Source: a virus | Virus record (IMG/VR): IMGVR_UViG_3300037258_000514 | Coordinates: 96,001 to 160,000 of that record | Length of the DNA: 64,000 nucleotides | Strand: one strand, 5' to 3' | Shown: positions 28,403 through 38,554 of the stretch, in pieces | How the letters are laid out: each line of letters starts with the position of its first letter | Numbering within the stretch: the stretch's first letter is position 1 | Made by a program: the position numbers and the translations under genes | The notes under the pieces: generated by a model | The model's input: the letters and a program-made list of their open reading frames with translations, nothing else | The model's database searches: none | What the model was told of the DNA's origin: nothing

Positions 28403-28658
28403 ACTCTCCTTTAGAGAAAAGAACCCTCTCAATATATGAAACCTCTTCAGCTAAAGCATCAGCACGAAGCTTATGCTTTCCTAGCTTCGTACCATCTATC
28501 ATTGTTGCTTGCCACATGCCGTCTTCTGTTGGTTCGACATTACTAACACGACAAACGCTGGCTTGCCCCTCACGGAGCAAGTCAGCTAATCTGTCGTCGT
28601 ATATGAAGGCTATACGGCCTTCTTTACTGATTGAGAGTTTGAGTTTCTGGTCTGGCAT
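28377..28658 (-). CDS. conserved hypothetical partner of DUF2997/DUF1257
   Basis: GxIxFIYDD...RVSNVEP..DG.W.A...RADAL..EV pattern. Confidence 0.6.
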   Translation of the reverse strand: MPDQKLKLSISKEGRIAFIYDDRLADLLREGQASVCRVSNVEPTEDGMWQATMIDGTKLGKHKLRADALAEEVSYIERVLFSKGEYENTESPA

Positions 28659-28806
28659 ACATCTCCATTGTTGGTTCGTCGCTTGATACTTTGCCGAGTG
28701 CTTCTTCAAGATTGCGCGTTAACTCTTTGCAACTACTTCCTGAAACACCATTAACAAAGATGGAAACTTTACCATCTTTTGGAATTAACACTTTGATTGT
28801 TTGCAT
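28624..28806 (-). CDS. DUF2997-family protein
   Basis: IxxDGxVxxxVxGxxGxSCxxxTxxLEEALG..T.E.Y. Confidence 0.8.
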   Translation of the reverse strand: MQTIKVLIPKDGKVSIFVNGVSGSSCKELTRNLEEALGKVSSDEPTMEMYARPETQTLNQ

Positions 28807-28808
28807 AG

Positions 28809-29249
28809 TTAGTTCTTTACCGCCTCAAGCTCAATCGTTCCATCCTTGAGCGTAGTTGTTCGGATTTCGAATCCAAACGGAATGTTCTTCTTCGCAACTT
28901 CCAACTGATAGTTTTGGATCAGGTTAGAAGCATTGGAACCTACCTTTGCTTCCAAACCATATCCTCCACCGAAGAAGTCGTAAAGTAGAGTGTAGCCAGA
29001 CTTTGCAGTGCGGCTCTTTACAACACCAACTTCGTAAGCGTTTTTGTTTCCAGGCACACGAAGAGCATGATCACACTTACCAAGATCCTTCTCGCTAAAG
29101 CCGGCAGGGACCGGATAATCTCCTACGCTATGTCCCCACCACTTATATGAATGTTGATCACGAACAAATTCTAATCCAATATTCTTAGCTGCTTTTTCAA
29201 GACAACCTAAATCCTTAATTTCACAATCTATCGTTACAACGTGTGACAT
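28809..29249 (-). CDS. DUF1257-family (Ycf35-like) protein
   Basis: MSHVxTIxxEIKDLxxLxxA...YEVGV...YxLxYD...L.Q.Y. Confidence 0.8.
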   Translation of the reverse strand: MSHVVTIDCEIKDLGCLEKAAKNIGLEFVRDQHSYKWWGHSVGDYPVPAGFSEKDLGKCDHALRVPGNKNAYEVGVVKSRTAKSGYTLLYDFFGGGYGLEAKVGSNASNLIQNYQLEVAKKNIPFGFEIRTTTLKDGTIELEAVKN

Positions 29250-29889
29250 TTGTTATATCCTCCATTAGTTTATTTATACCGTTGTTCTTGAACTTACCTG
29301 TTAAATCTGTGACTATAATAAATTCGGCGTTATTTTCTGCGCACCATCCCTCTGCTGCCGCAAATTTTCTTGGATTATCATAACAATCCAAGAAACACTT
29401 TGGTTTTACCTCAACAAGAAATTTCTTTGTCCTTATGCTGTAAAGCATAAAATCAGGTACGTATTTCTTCTTGTATCCTGATTCAGATATGTAGGCTATT
29501 CTAATTGGTTCATATTCAAATCTTTCTACAAAAGGATTTTCTTCCAAGAATCTAATGTAGTAACGCTCAAAGCTGCTTCTACAATAGAAATTTCCTCCTT
29601 TTTCAGTTTGAATATAGCCTCCACAAAACTTACCGCGCTTTGATATAAGATTCTCTTTTCCTATAGATCTAAGAATCTTCTTTACGGAATGTAAATTAAT
29701 TCCTGATATACTCCGTAGTTCAGAAGCGTTAAGTAATGAATGCTGTTCGAGTAATGATACAACTACTCGACGCTTTCCCGCAAAATCCAGTTGTTCTTTG
29801 TGCTTCACGTATTTTTGTATTTGCTCATCTGGCGAAGTGCGCCATCGAATTTTCATTTCTTCCTGACGATCTTTTAAAGATTGAATCAT
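29221..29889 (-). CDS. HTH + TnsA-N-type endonuclease (homing endonuclease-like)
   Basis: YCRSSFE...FEYEPIRIAY...YVPDF...LVEVKP; own TTGACG-17-TACCAT promoter at 29899-29927. Confidence 0.75.
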   Translation of the reverse strand: MIQSLKDRQEEMKIRWRTSPDEQIQKYVKHKEQLDFAGKRRVVVSLLEQHSLLNASELRSISGINLHSVKKILRSIGKENLISKRGKFCGGYIQTEKGGNFYCRSSFERYYIRFLEENPFVERFEYEPIRIAYISESGYKKKYVPDFMLYSIRTKKFLVEVKPKCFLDCYDNPRKFAAAEGWCAENNAEFIIVTDLTGKFKNNGINKLMEDITNVTRCNDRL

Positions 29890-30379
29890 TAAGTAATAAT
29901 GGTATCAAAAATCGTAAAAATCGTCAAGCATTTCTTTAAGTTACAGTTTTTTCTTCGCCCCTTTCTTCTTTGTTTTCTTGGTAATATCCTTCACATACAC
30001 CTTTACAAGTGGGGATGCAAAAGGTCTGTTTCTGTATCCACATTGCGACTTCAATGTAAATTCATGAAACCACATCTTTACCTTCCCACCCCACTTAATC
30101 TTCATGCCGCAGTTATTGCAGCGATGCAAAATCTTATACGTTTTGAGAATTTTCAACTTTCACTCCTACTGAATGCTTTGTGGTTTGTGCAGTTTAAGGT
30201 CTATTCTTTCTCCGTCTATTATCCATAGCGCTTGTTTAATAATTTCTTCTGCATCCCAATATTTCTTACGCAGCGTGCCTTCTCTGTTTTTGTAATTAGC
30301 TAGAAGATACGACCAAGCATTAATCAGCTTAGTCTTTCCTGGTTCTTCTCTTTCAGCTAAAGGCGTAGCCCGACTGTAA

Positions 30380-30850
30380 TTAATTTTCAACTATTACTCC
30401 TGTTTCCTGTAAGATGTAATAGTCAATTACGTTTGCTACAACTTGCGCGCGCTCTTTTAGAAGAATTGCATTTTCAAATCTTACCTGATCTTCTTCGCGC
30501 CAATCGCCCACGTAGAATAGCCAATCGTCTTGATGACGATCGCTAATCCTGAGAAGTGCCCGCGCTACTCTAGCATCGCTTCCTTCAAACTTAGCTCTTT
30601 CTTCTTCAGGAGAGAGCAATACGCTCCATCCTGCTATACATCCTGCAGTTCCACACGATGGTAGATTAAAAGCAAATCCACAATCCATAATTGGTTCACC
30701 CGCAAATCCTCTTCTAACATATCCACCCATTATCAAGCGAGCGGGCTCTTCAAGAATGTGCTTCTTTACCTCAAGTAGTAGCTCGATGTTGAGGTTTGGG
30801 TTGGGATAATTAGTTGTACCAACGGCGTTTTCCATCTTTCGGTTCCTCAT
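30380..30850 (-). CDS. phage hypothetical protein (CGTAGCIAGW motif)
   Basis: Motif common in phage hypotheticals; start uncertain. Confidence 0.6.
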   Translation of the reverse strand: MRNRKMENAVGTTNYPNPNLNIELLLEVKKHILEEPARLIMGGYVRRGFAGEPIMDCGFAFNLPSCGTAGCIAGWSVLLSPEEERAKFEGSDARVARALLRISDRHQDDWLFYVGDWREEDQVRFENAILLKERAQVVANVIDYYILQETGVIVEN

Positions 30851-31441
30851 TCCTAAATTCTTCTATAGTCGCATCATCTTCTTCAATAATCGAATTACAA
30901 TCAATGCAACGACGAGGCCCAGTTACATCTGTTTCCTCTTCAACCCATGTTTTATCGCATTGTATACATGTTAGTCTAACGTATATTGTTTCATATGACA
31001 TAACTCCTCCAGAAGATGCTCTTTTACTAAGAGCATCTACATGCAAAAGTTACTTCCTCACAATATAACCAATGGCTTCGAGCCAAGCGATAAAGCCCGC
31101 AATAGACATAAGTGAGAACAAGAACTTTAGCACTATGTTGAATATATCAGTTGTTTTCCAAATTACAGCCAGAAACAAAAACACTACGGCTGCGCTAAAC
31201 ATATAAAGTTGGTATAGATGTGTCAATTTTTTCTCTCCTTTCCGCATTCCTCAAAGAAATGCATCGCACTTATCTGTATTTCACTCATTGCTCACCTTCT
31301 CATCGTAAGCAGCCTCAAAAAGCTTCTTAGCTACGTCATAGTGAATATGACGCAGTGATTGATAGATCAAGTTACAAATCGAACAGGCTTGATTTGCATG
31401 ATCGTAGACAGGCGCTTCTTCACAGAATCGACACATCATGC

Positions 31442-33001
31442 TCATGCTTCACCTACTTTCGTATCAAGATTTACAATTCGTCCTTGATCAGAATCTTGCG
31501 TTTGTTTTACGTTACTGAATGTGTAAACACCGCTCTTGCTAGCGGATAGATACTTTCGATCTGCCATTCTGCGCAGTTCTTCAATCCTCTTTGGATCAGC
31601 CCTTATGACTGGAACGATGTAACATGCTGCTTCCTCAAGCGTAATGCGTAATTGCCATGCCAACATGCAGCAATCGTGGATATTTCTTGGGGTCCATCCA
31701 TCCTCGTTAGACGGTAGTGGGTGGTCCAACTTATATTTAGTTTTCCATACGTCCCACACTGCCATTCTTTCTTCCCTTGTCGGCAAATCAAAGAAGAACG
31801 TTCCGAGATTAAATCTGTCCTTTAATTCTGACGACAAGGCACTCTCATCATTGCAAGTAGCAATCACAAGTGGCTTGCCTGACGCAACAATTGCAGCAAG
31901 AGCGTTCTTCAACTGCTGAGTTGACTGTCCAACAAACTGTCCCTTCAACTCAGAAATGTTATTGATAATAAGTGGAATCTTATACTCTCCAGCCAGCGCC
32001 TTCGAGATATAAGATTTGCTGCATCCCTGAATGCCTGCAAACCTAATCGCAAGCACTTCATTATCAGCCATCCAAGAAAGAATCTGTCCGTGCATTTCCT
32101 GCGATACTCCACTGCTATCACCTTTTGATCCTGCAAAGGCTTTCTCAAGTTCATCCCAGAATACAAGAACAGTTGGCGGATCTTGGCCGTTCATTACTTT
32201 TGTAAGATATTCCTTAATTACAGGAACACCTCTTACATCGTTGAATGATTCTTTCCCGCCCCAGATTCTCATTCCAGGGTTTTGTTCAATAGCCGCTTTC
32301 TTTCTATCCCATAACCGCTTTGAATCTATGCCTTCTTTGGTAAGTGACATAGCAACAACTTGTTCCGCCGAGAATGCTGCTAACCCTTTGATTGATCTAA
32401 CAGCACGCTTAATGTCGTCCTCTTCAGGCTTAACTTTCGCTTCTTTGTAAGTTGACTTACAAAGCTTCTCAACAATTACTTTTAAATCTTCTTCTGTTGG
32501 AAGAGGATCTTCAAGTACAAGCATATCCTGCTTTAGTTCAGCGGGCAGTTGAATGCCTGGTGTTAGGATAACCAACGTCTTGCGCGAAGATTTGAACTGA
32601 TCACGCAAATTCCAAATCGCTTGCCCAACGATCGCCTCTGCAAGATCGTGACTACCAATAAATCTGTGACCATTGTGGATGAAGATGATTGTCTTTCGAT
32701 CCACATGTGCAAACAATTTCATTGCGGCGGCAGGATCAGTAATCTGACTTGGGAGAATGTTCTCCCTCTGTGTTGCAACGCACAGTTGCTGAACCTGATC
32801 TTCGCCAGCTTTATTGACAGCTTTTAATCCCGATGAAATATCAAAGCTGATAAGTGGGGCACCCTCGTTGGCGGTGCCTTTTTCTTCTGTAATTGCGTTA
32901 ATTTGCTTAATTACGGAAGCAGGGTCAGGTGTTTGGATACACAGCAGAGGTACACCAGCGCGTAAAGCAGCTTTAAAGTCTTGTATCAACTTTGTTTCCA
33001 T
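31442..33001 (-). CDS. Ycf46-like AAA+ ATPase with permuted Walker motifs
   Basis: VLVFWDELEKAF (Walker B) before GIQGCSKS (Walker A); IATCN sensor-1; RF...FFFDLP. Confidence 0.85.
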   Translation of the reverse strand: METKLIQDFKAALRAGVPLLCIQTPDPASVIKQINAITEEKGTANEGAPLISFDISSGLKAVNKAGEDQVQQLCVATQRENILPSQITDPAAAMKLFAHVDRKTIIFIHNGHRFIGSHDLAEAIVGQAIWNLRDQFKSSRKTLVILTPGIQLPAELKQDMLVLEDPLPTEEDLKVIVEKLCKSTYKEAKVKPEEDDIKRAVRSIKGLAAFSAEQVVAMSLTKEGIDSKRLWDRKKAAIEQNPGMRIWGGKESFNDVRGVPVIKEYLTKVMNGQDPPTVLVFWDELEKAFAGSKGDSSGVSQEMHGQILSWMADNEVLAIRFAGIQGCSKSYISKALAGEYKIPLIINNISELKGQFVGQSTQQLKNALAAIVASGKPLVIATCNDESALSSELKDRFNLGTFFFDLPTREERMAVWDVWKTKYKLDHPLPSNEDGWTPRNIHDCCMLAWQLRITLEEAACYIVPVIRADPKRIEELRRMADRKYLSASKSGVYTFSNVKQTQDSDQGRIVNLDTKVGEA

Positions 33002-33006
33002 TAAAT

Positions 33007-33819
33007 CTATTTCCTTCCTCTCATCGATTTTATTAGTTCATCAACTGTTGTTATCTTGCTCTCAAAATCTAAGAAGATTCTTTCAATATCTTTCGTTAAA
33101 TCTTCTTTTGTTTTTTCCCTGCGCATTTGAAGCGCTTGTTTAAATCCAATTCGAAATCCTACGAGTAAAAATCCTTTTCGTTGCGATTCTGGTTCAAGAA
33201 TTTTATGGCAAGCTGTACAGACCGTTATACCATTCATTAAATCATATTGAAGTTCGGGAAATGCTCGTCGTGGTTTAAGATGATGAGCGTGGCGATCTTT
33301 TCCTTTTACTATTTTTTCGCAAATTCTACAAGTATCCTTATCTCTTTTGTAAACCGCTTGTCGCCATTCATAATATTGAATGCCTCCTTGCGTATCGAGA
33401 GTAGCGCGTGCTCGTTGACTTTTAATTCTTCGTGCAAGAATTTCTTTTGCTTTTTCTTCTCCGTGAATTTCCTGGAGAGTTTTACCACGAAGTTTATCGC
33501 CTAGAATATTACCAGCTTTTACTATGTTCATAAGCATCTCATTTGCGCGTTCACCATAAGTCTCAGTTAAAGACTCTCCTTTATTATGCGGCTGCCGTGC
33601 TCTTGCTTTTTTGATTAGTTCGGCTGCCCTTTCCTCTCCGTACAGTTCAACATACGATTTGCCTACTGTGCGACCTTTTCTCCCTTTTAAAGCCTTTGAA
33701 ATTTTCTCAGCTATACACAGTTTTTCTGCTTGAGATCGCGTAGATGCTTGGGCAATTGCAAACAAACGCCTCTCCTCGATCCATATTTTATAGCGCTCTG
33801 GATTCAGAGGAGCAGGCAT
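33007..33819 (-). CDS. HNH homing endonuclease-like protein
   Basis: WRQAVYKRD..CxxC...HAHH...NGITVCTACH; GKSYxExYG repeats. Confidence 0.8.
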   Translation of the reverse strand: MPAPLNPERYKIWIEERRLFAIAQASTRSQAEKLCIAEKISKALKGRKGRTVGKSYVELYGEERAAELIKKARARQPHNKGESLTETYGERANEMLMNIVKAGNILGDKLRGKTLQEIHGEEKAKEILARRIKSQRARATLDTQGGIQYYEWRQAVYKRDKDTCRICEKIVKGKDRHAHHLKPRRAFPELQYDLMNGITVCTACHKILEPESQRKGFLLVGFRIGFKQALQMRREKTKEDLTKDIERIFLDFESKITTVDELIKSMRGRK

Positions 33820-34509
33820 TAATTATTTTCCTTCCCTTCTTTCTTTTAGATAATCTTCTAACTCATCGGGTAATCCATCAGCATCTATATGCTCCATATA
33901 CGATGTAGGAACATAGTGACGCCACGCTCCGCTTCGGCTAACAACTAACGTGTCCTCGCCATTATTAGGATCTTTGTAACCAGATTCGTCGTCTGTTCCG
34001 AGAAGCTCCCATCCATACGCTGTTAGCAATGTGTGTGCTTCATCGTTTATCGGTCCTTGCGTTAGCATTACCTTCCTTTCTGTTTACACCATCTACGATT
34101 GAGTTCTTTTCATGCATGCGGATAAACTCTTTCATTGCTTCGATTACATCCATGCGATCCGCATTACCTGTGTAAAACATGTTCTTTCCATGAAATTGAA
34201 ATAGCAAAAGAGAGAAACCATACCCCTTTGGCAAACGCTCTCGAATAGCCCGACCTACTAACTCTAAGGCTTTTTCTGCTTGTGTATCTCTTACTTGATA
34301 ATCGGATGTCATTAACTCTCCAATGCTGCCGCGATCCCCATCCATGCCAGGCATGCAGGGAAAATTGCGGCAGTTCCAACTGCAATCATCAATAGAACAG
34401 TAAAAAATTTCTGCACAAATGATGTTGGTTTACAGAGCTCCCAAACAAGTACTGGAGGAGTTGCTGTAATAATGATTGCAACAACTGTTGCAATTAGGAA
34501 TCCCATAAG

Positions 34510-34827
34510 TTATATTCCTTTCAAGGTCCGAATAAATATATCTAACTTTTGAAGATCTTCTTCGCTAGTCCATATTGGAAGTGCGCTACGAAGCCCTTGC
34601 GCAACCATATTAGCCGTTCCCTTACTCAATCTAAGATTGTTGTGGAATGCTACAATTCCATTTGCTCCTTTTCGGAGCATCTCTGTATTACGAATGGGAC
34701 CAGCAGCTCTTCCAAATTCTTTCCAATTGGCGGGCGTAGGGTCAACAGGTAGAATACAAATGTTCTCAGCGACGTAACGTGATTGAAGGTCCGCTCCAGG
34801 AGCTTCACCCTCAATCACTGTAAACAC
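34510..34827 (-). pseudogene. DUF2493/YspA-like SLOG-domain protein lacking its N-terminus
   Basis: VIEGEAPGAD, PANW..FGRAAGPIRN.EML, SKGTANMV; in-frame stop 13 codons upstream. Confidence 0.6.
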
Positions 34828-35013
34828 ACCAAGTTCCTGTTTTACGTTGCTCGTAAACTTTTGTTACTTTCCACTCCCCATCATCACCATCAAACTTAAC
34901 GATGAGTCCTTCTTTTAATTTCCACCGAGCGTCTACCCAAACAACTTTGCTTACTTCGATTAAAGCATCTGTAAGAAGCTGACGACGTTTAACTTCGATT
35001 TGAATCATTTCCA

Positions 35014-35319
35014 TTAACTAATCCTTTTCTTCTTTTGTGCAAATTCTTCTGCATCTATCCGCTGATTTGTCCAGTAAATGTCTTCCGGAGAATCATCGTC
35101 CCTAACGTAGAGACCTACGTATTGCGGGTAGATAAATTGGTTAGCAAATTTCCCTTTACTATCCGCTAACATGAGGGCATCGTACAATTCTTCAGGGAAG
35201 CCGTTCGGGCCATGATACTGGTAAATCTTACCTGAATTAAAGCAGATTTCGAGTGTTTTCTCATGTTTATTATACCCGATGCTGCGAATGTTAGAGCTTT
35301 TAACGAGTGTGTGGTTCAT
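35014..35319 (-). CDS. KTSC-domain protein
   Basis: VKSSNIRSIGY...LEICFNSGKIYQY...LMLADSKGKF. Confidence 0.88.
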   Translation of the reverse strand: MNHTLVKSSNIRSIGYNKHEKTLEICFNSGKIYQYHGPNGFPEELYDALMLADSKGKFANQFIYPQYVGLYVRDDDSPEDIYWTNQRIDAEEFAQKKKRIS

Positions 35320-36131
35320 TTATTTCTCCTGTTCGAGAACAGCATCAACGACAGCTCGATGTACATCGTTCATAGAATCGTTGCGTGATTCAATTAGTTC
35401 TTCGACTCTATTCGCGATTAAATTTGCATGTTGAAATGCTCTGCTCTCTTTTGTTTTGCTTCCGGGTCGGTGAAACATACAATAGTCATTCATTGATGTT
35501 GGATCCCAAGAACAACCGCACATTTTCTTACAATGCGCGCATTCTCCATGTGTCATCGTACCCATATCTTTATGACAATGAGGGCATTCCATTAGTATAA
35601 CGCCTTTCCGCAAAGTCTATTTGCTAGATTAGAATAACGAATTTGTCTCATTCTCTTTACAAAATTCTTTCGCTCGTCTCCTTTTAGGTTGTAGGGTGTA
35701 CCATACATATCCATGCGATCTGCATCGAGGGTTACTTCGATTCTCGCTGCTTTTGTTATGCGTTCGCCAGGATCAACAGAAGCTTCAACATCAGCTCCAA
35801 TGGCATCCCACGTCCTACCGCATGCCTGTACGAATTGTTGTTTCTCTTCTTTTGTAAACTCAGGATAATTACCTTTCCCTTCACAATCTTCGCAGTCTTT
35901 TCTTTCTTTCATTGCACTGCCAACGATTGTAAGATTGTTTGGGAAGTATCCTGCACCTTTACAAAAATCACAGATTCTCATTCTTAACCCTCCACTCTGC
36001 CCTCTGTCACAGGGCAGTAGCAAGACTAAGTCTTTTCTTTAGCAAGACGTTTTAATCGTCGTAAAGCTTTGCAGACATCACATCCTCGACCTGTACAGAG
36101 GTTAAAGAATTGATGTCCTAACCCACGATAA

Positions 36132-36632
36132 TCAAGCAGTAGATTTATTATCTGTTTCGGAATGAACTGCCTCCTGTACTGGCGGTATGTGTGCTCTTAG
36201 CTCTGCTGCTATTCTTTCTCTCTCAGCTTTGTTTGTTACTGCAACTTGCCGACGACGACTCATCTCAGCTGATCGTGCTTCAGGTGAAAGTGTATCCCAG
36301 AAACTCCTGATCTTCTTCTTACGAGGCTTTGCAACGAGCTTTTTCTTCTTTGCCAATGGAGTCTTACCCAATTTCTTGAACTTCCTCCATCGTGCTTTCT
36401 GCGCAGCAGCAATCTTTCGCTTGCCTGCAGATGAGATCTTATGGATCGTTATTTCCGGCCAGCCCGGATCTACGATGGGTTCATATGCAAACACCTCAAC
36501 ATAACCTTCGTCCTGTGAAAAAGGTGAATGGGCTTTTCCCACAAGCATCTCAAGCAACAGTGAATCATTTTCATCTTCGGCAAATAGTGCAAATTTGTAT
36601 TTGCCTGTCATGTGTTTTATTTGTACTCTCAT
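36132..36632 (-). CDS. basic protein with SAGKRKIAAAQKARW and FWxxLSPEARSAEMxRR motifs
   Basis: Shares motif with 15528..15797; AAGGAG RBS. Confidence 0.65.
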   Translation of the reverse strand: MRVQIKHMTGKYKFALFAEDENDSLLLEMLVGKAHSPFSQDEGYVEVFAYEPIVDPGWPEITIHKISSAGKRKIAAAQKARWRKFKKLGKTPLAKKKKLVAKPRKKKIRSFWDTLSPEARSAEMSRRRQVAVTNKAERERIAAELRAHIPPVQEAVHSETDNKSTA

Positions 36633-36648
36633 TTACTCTCCTTTTGTG

Positions 36649-36921
36649 TTAGTAGTTAACATACTCTTTCGTTTTATCTGCATTAGGACGACGGCGACCT
36701 GTTTCAGGATGACGCATCCATCCATCCGGTTCACCTTTACCATCCCAAACTGCTAAGGCGACAACTGCCGCCTCTACAGTATCGTATCACCAACTATTGC
36801 TTAACCACTCCGCGTTAGTTGGTCCATAGATAATCCTCGCACGATCGAACGTTAGAGGAACTACCCATGCAGAATTTCCATCTTCAAAATCTTTCTGTGT
36901 GATATAATATTCTTCTTTCAT
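36649..36921 (-). CDS. candidate selenoprotein (90 codons, in-frame TGA at codon 45, W-U-Y)
   Basis: Frame continues through TGA (36787-36789) to TAA; AGGAG RBS; SECIS-like hairpin downstream. Confidence 0.7.
36749..36780 (-). promoter_or_regulatory. bacterial SECIS-like hairpin
   Basis: ACUGU-A-GAGGCGGC-AGUU-GUCGCCUU-A-GCAGU; apical loop starts 20 nt after UGA and has G at position 2. Confidence 0.65.
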
Positions 36922-36935
36922 AAACATCTCCTCTG

Positions 36936-37439
36936 CTATTTGCTTTGATTTACTTTGACTCTGCGTGATCGTTTTACTGAGGGACGATGCACGGGTAAGA
37001 GCGTTAGTTTCTGCGCAATGATGTTTTTAAACTTCGTAAGATAATACGCAGTACCATCAGTGCCTTCTGCTAAGATGTTTTCAAGCATAACAGGATACAC
37101 TTTGCACGTCTTGTACTTACTTGAAAGTGTATTTTGCCACAACTTTTTTAGAGCCACCTTTGCATCTTTCTGCGTTTTATAGGCATGGAAGCCGTTTGGA
37201 TATTGGTATCCATCATCTGCAGAAATAAAGCGTTCTGTCCAACCACTCTGATCAAGTTCTCGTGTTACTTGCACTCCCTCGCGAAAAGAGAAGTTTCTGA
37301 ACGGAGAAAGATAGTGATATGGAATCTCCTCTTTGTCTTCGCCAATGATCGGGATTGATACTCTCTGAAGTATCTTCCATGCTTTTACTTTCTTTCTGAG
37401 CATCGGTCTATGCACTTTACTTACTGTTGCTAAACACAT
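36936..37439 (-). CDS. phage hypothetical protein
   Basis: MCL...AWK...GFHAY pattern; AAGGAGG RBS. Confidence 0.6.
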   Translation of the reverse strand: MCLATVSKVHRPMLRKKVKAWKILQRVSIPIIGEDKEEIPYHYLSPFRNFSFREGVQVTRELDQSGWTERFISADDGYQYPNGFHAYKTQKDAKVALKKLWQNTLSSKYKTCKVYPVMLENILAEGTDGTAYYLTKFKNIIAQKLTLLPVHRPSVKRSRRVKVNQSK

Positions 37440-38154
37440 CTTTACCTCCTTGGAAGTTGTCCCTACTACACTCAAAGGTACTTGTGCAAGTGCTATATAC
37501 CACCTACACTTTCATTAAACGTGCCGGCGTTCGTCCTTTGAATGTAGAAGGCACAGCTTCCTGTGCCCTGTTACTAGTCTTCCCATTGAACTAAGTCGAT
37601 TGTTGGCATTTCTTCACCGGACATTTCAACGGGAATACTCCAAAAGTATCCGCCTGCTCTACCAATTAAATCTATTTCCTTTTCAATCGTTTCTCCGTTA
37701 TACTTTACGGATGAAATGTGCGGACGCATATTTTCAGGATCTTTTTCCATTTCAACTTCAATTGTAAATTTCATCTTCTCCTTTCAGAAGCTCGGATCTG
37801 ACTGCCTTTTCTTCGAAGCCTTTCTGATTAAGACATTTTCTAACCAAACAGGAGCGTTGATCTTGTAGAGAGTGTCACGATAGAACACACTCCATTTTCC
37901 GGTTTCGCCATCGTACTGCCAATATACATCTTCAAAGAACACTATCCACGGTCTGTGGTCTTTAAAGCATGTACTAACAATACGCTCACGTACCTTTCCA
38001 CTACCAAGTAGTTCGCTGTCTAATAACAAGGTTCGCTTTCCCTCTTGTTTCATGTTTGTGACTGCATAGTAATTGGTAATGATTCCTCCTGTTCGATTTC
38101 TTTCTTATTTTTTTCATACATAGCAAAAGCTGCTTTCCATTGCTTGTCCGTAGC

Positions 38155-38282
38155 CATAACATTACCTCAAACATCTTATCGGTAAGAGTCTTGAGATCGG
38201 TTGCAGTTGCAGTTGAGAAACCTGAAAGGTCAACTTTGCTTACAGGCTTCAATAGGAACGGATCAGGATGTTTTAATATCAT
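38155..38282 (-). pseudogene. N-terminal remnant of peptide deformylase
   Basis: MILKHPDPFLLKPVSKV...LKTLTDKMFEVM, breaking off where GxGLAAxQ is expected. Confidence 0.55.
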
Positions 38283-38554
38283 CTTTCTCCTTTAAACCAA
38301 AAAGGCTTTCTCCTCTAACAAACACCTTCCAGTAATTAAAATCTAACGTATGAGAATACGAAAAGCTATCCTCTAACTCTACGCCTTCTTCATCGTTTGC
38401 GCGTTGAATTGCTTGTTCTGGTGAATCTGCCTCTACTTCAATGCTTTGATAGTAGAGTTCAGGACGTTCAACGATGTATTTCACTTTACCTCCTTCAAAA
38501 GTAATCCTTCCTGTGCATATCACTATGCACAGGCCACATTACTCTATATGCTTA

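Noticed and set aside
20412-29889. Tn7-like transposon inferred from TnsA-type domains
   Set aside because: No TnsB/TnsC or transposon ends; the architecture fits free-standing homing endonucleases
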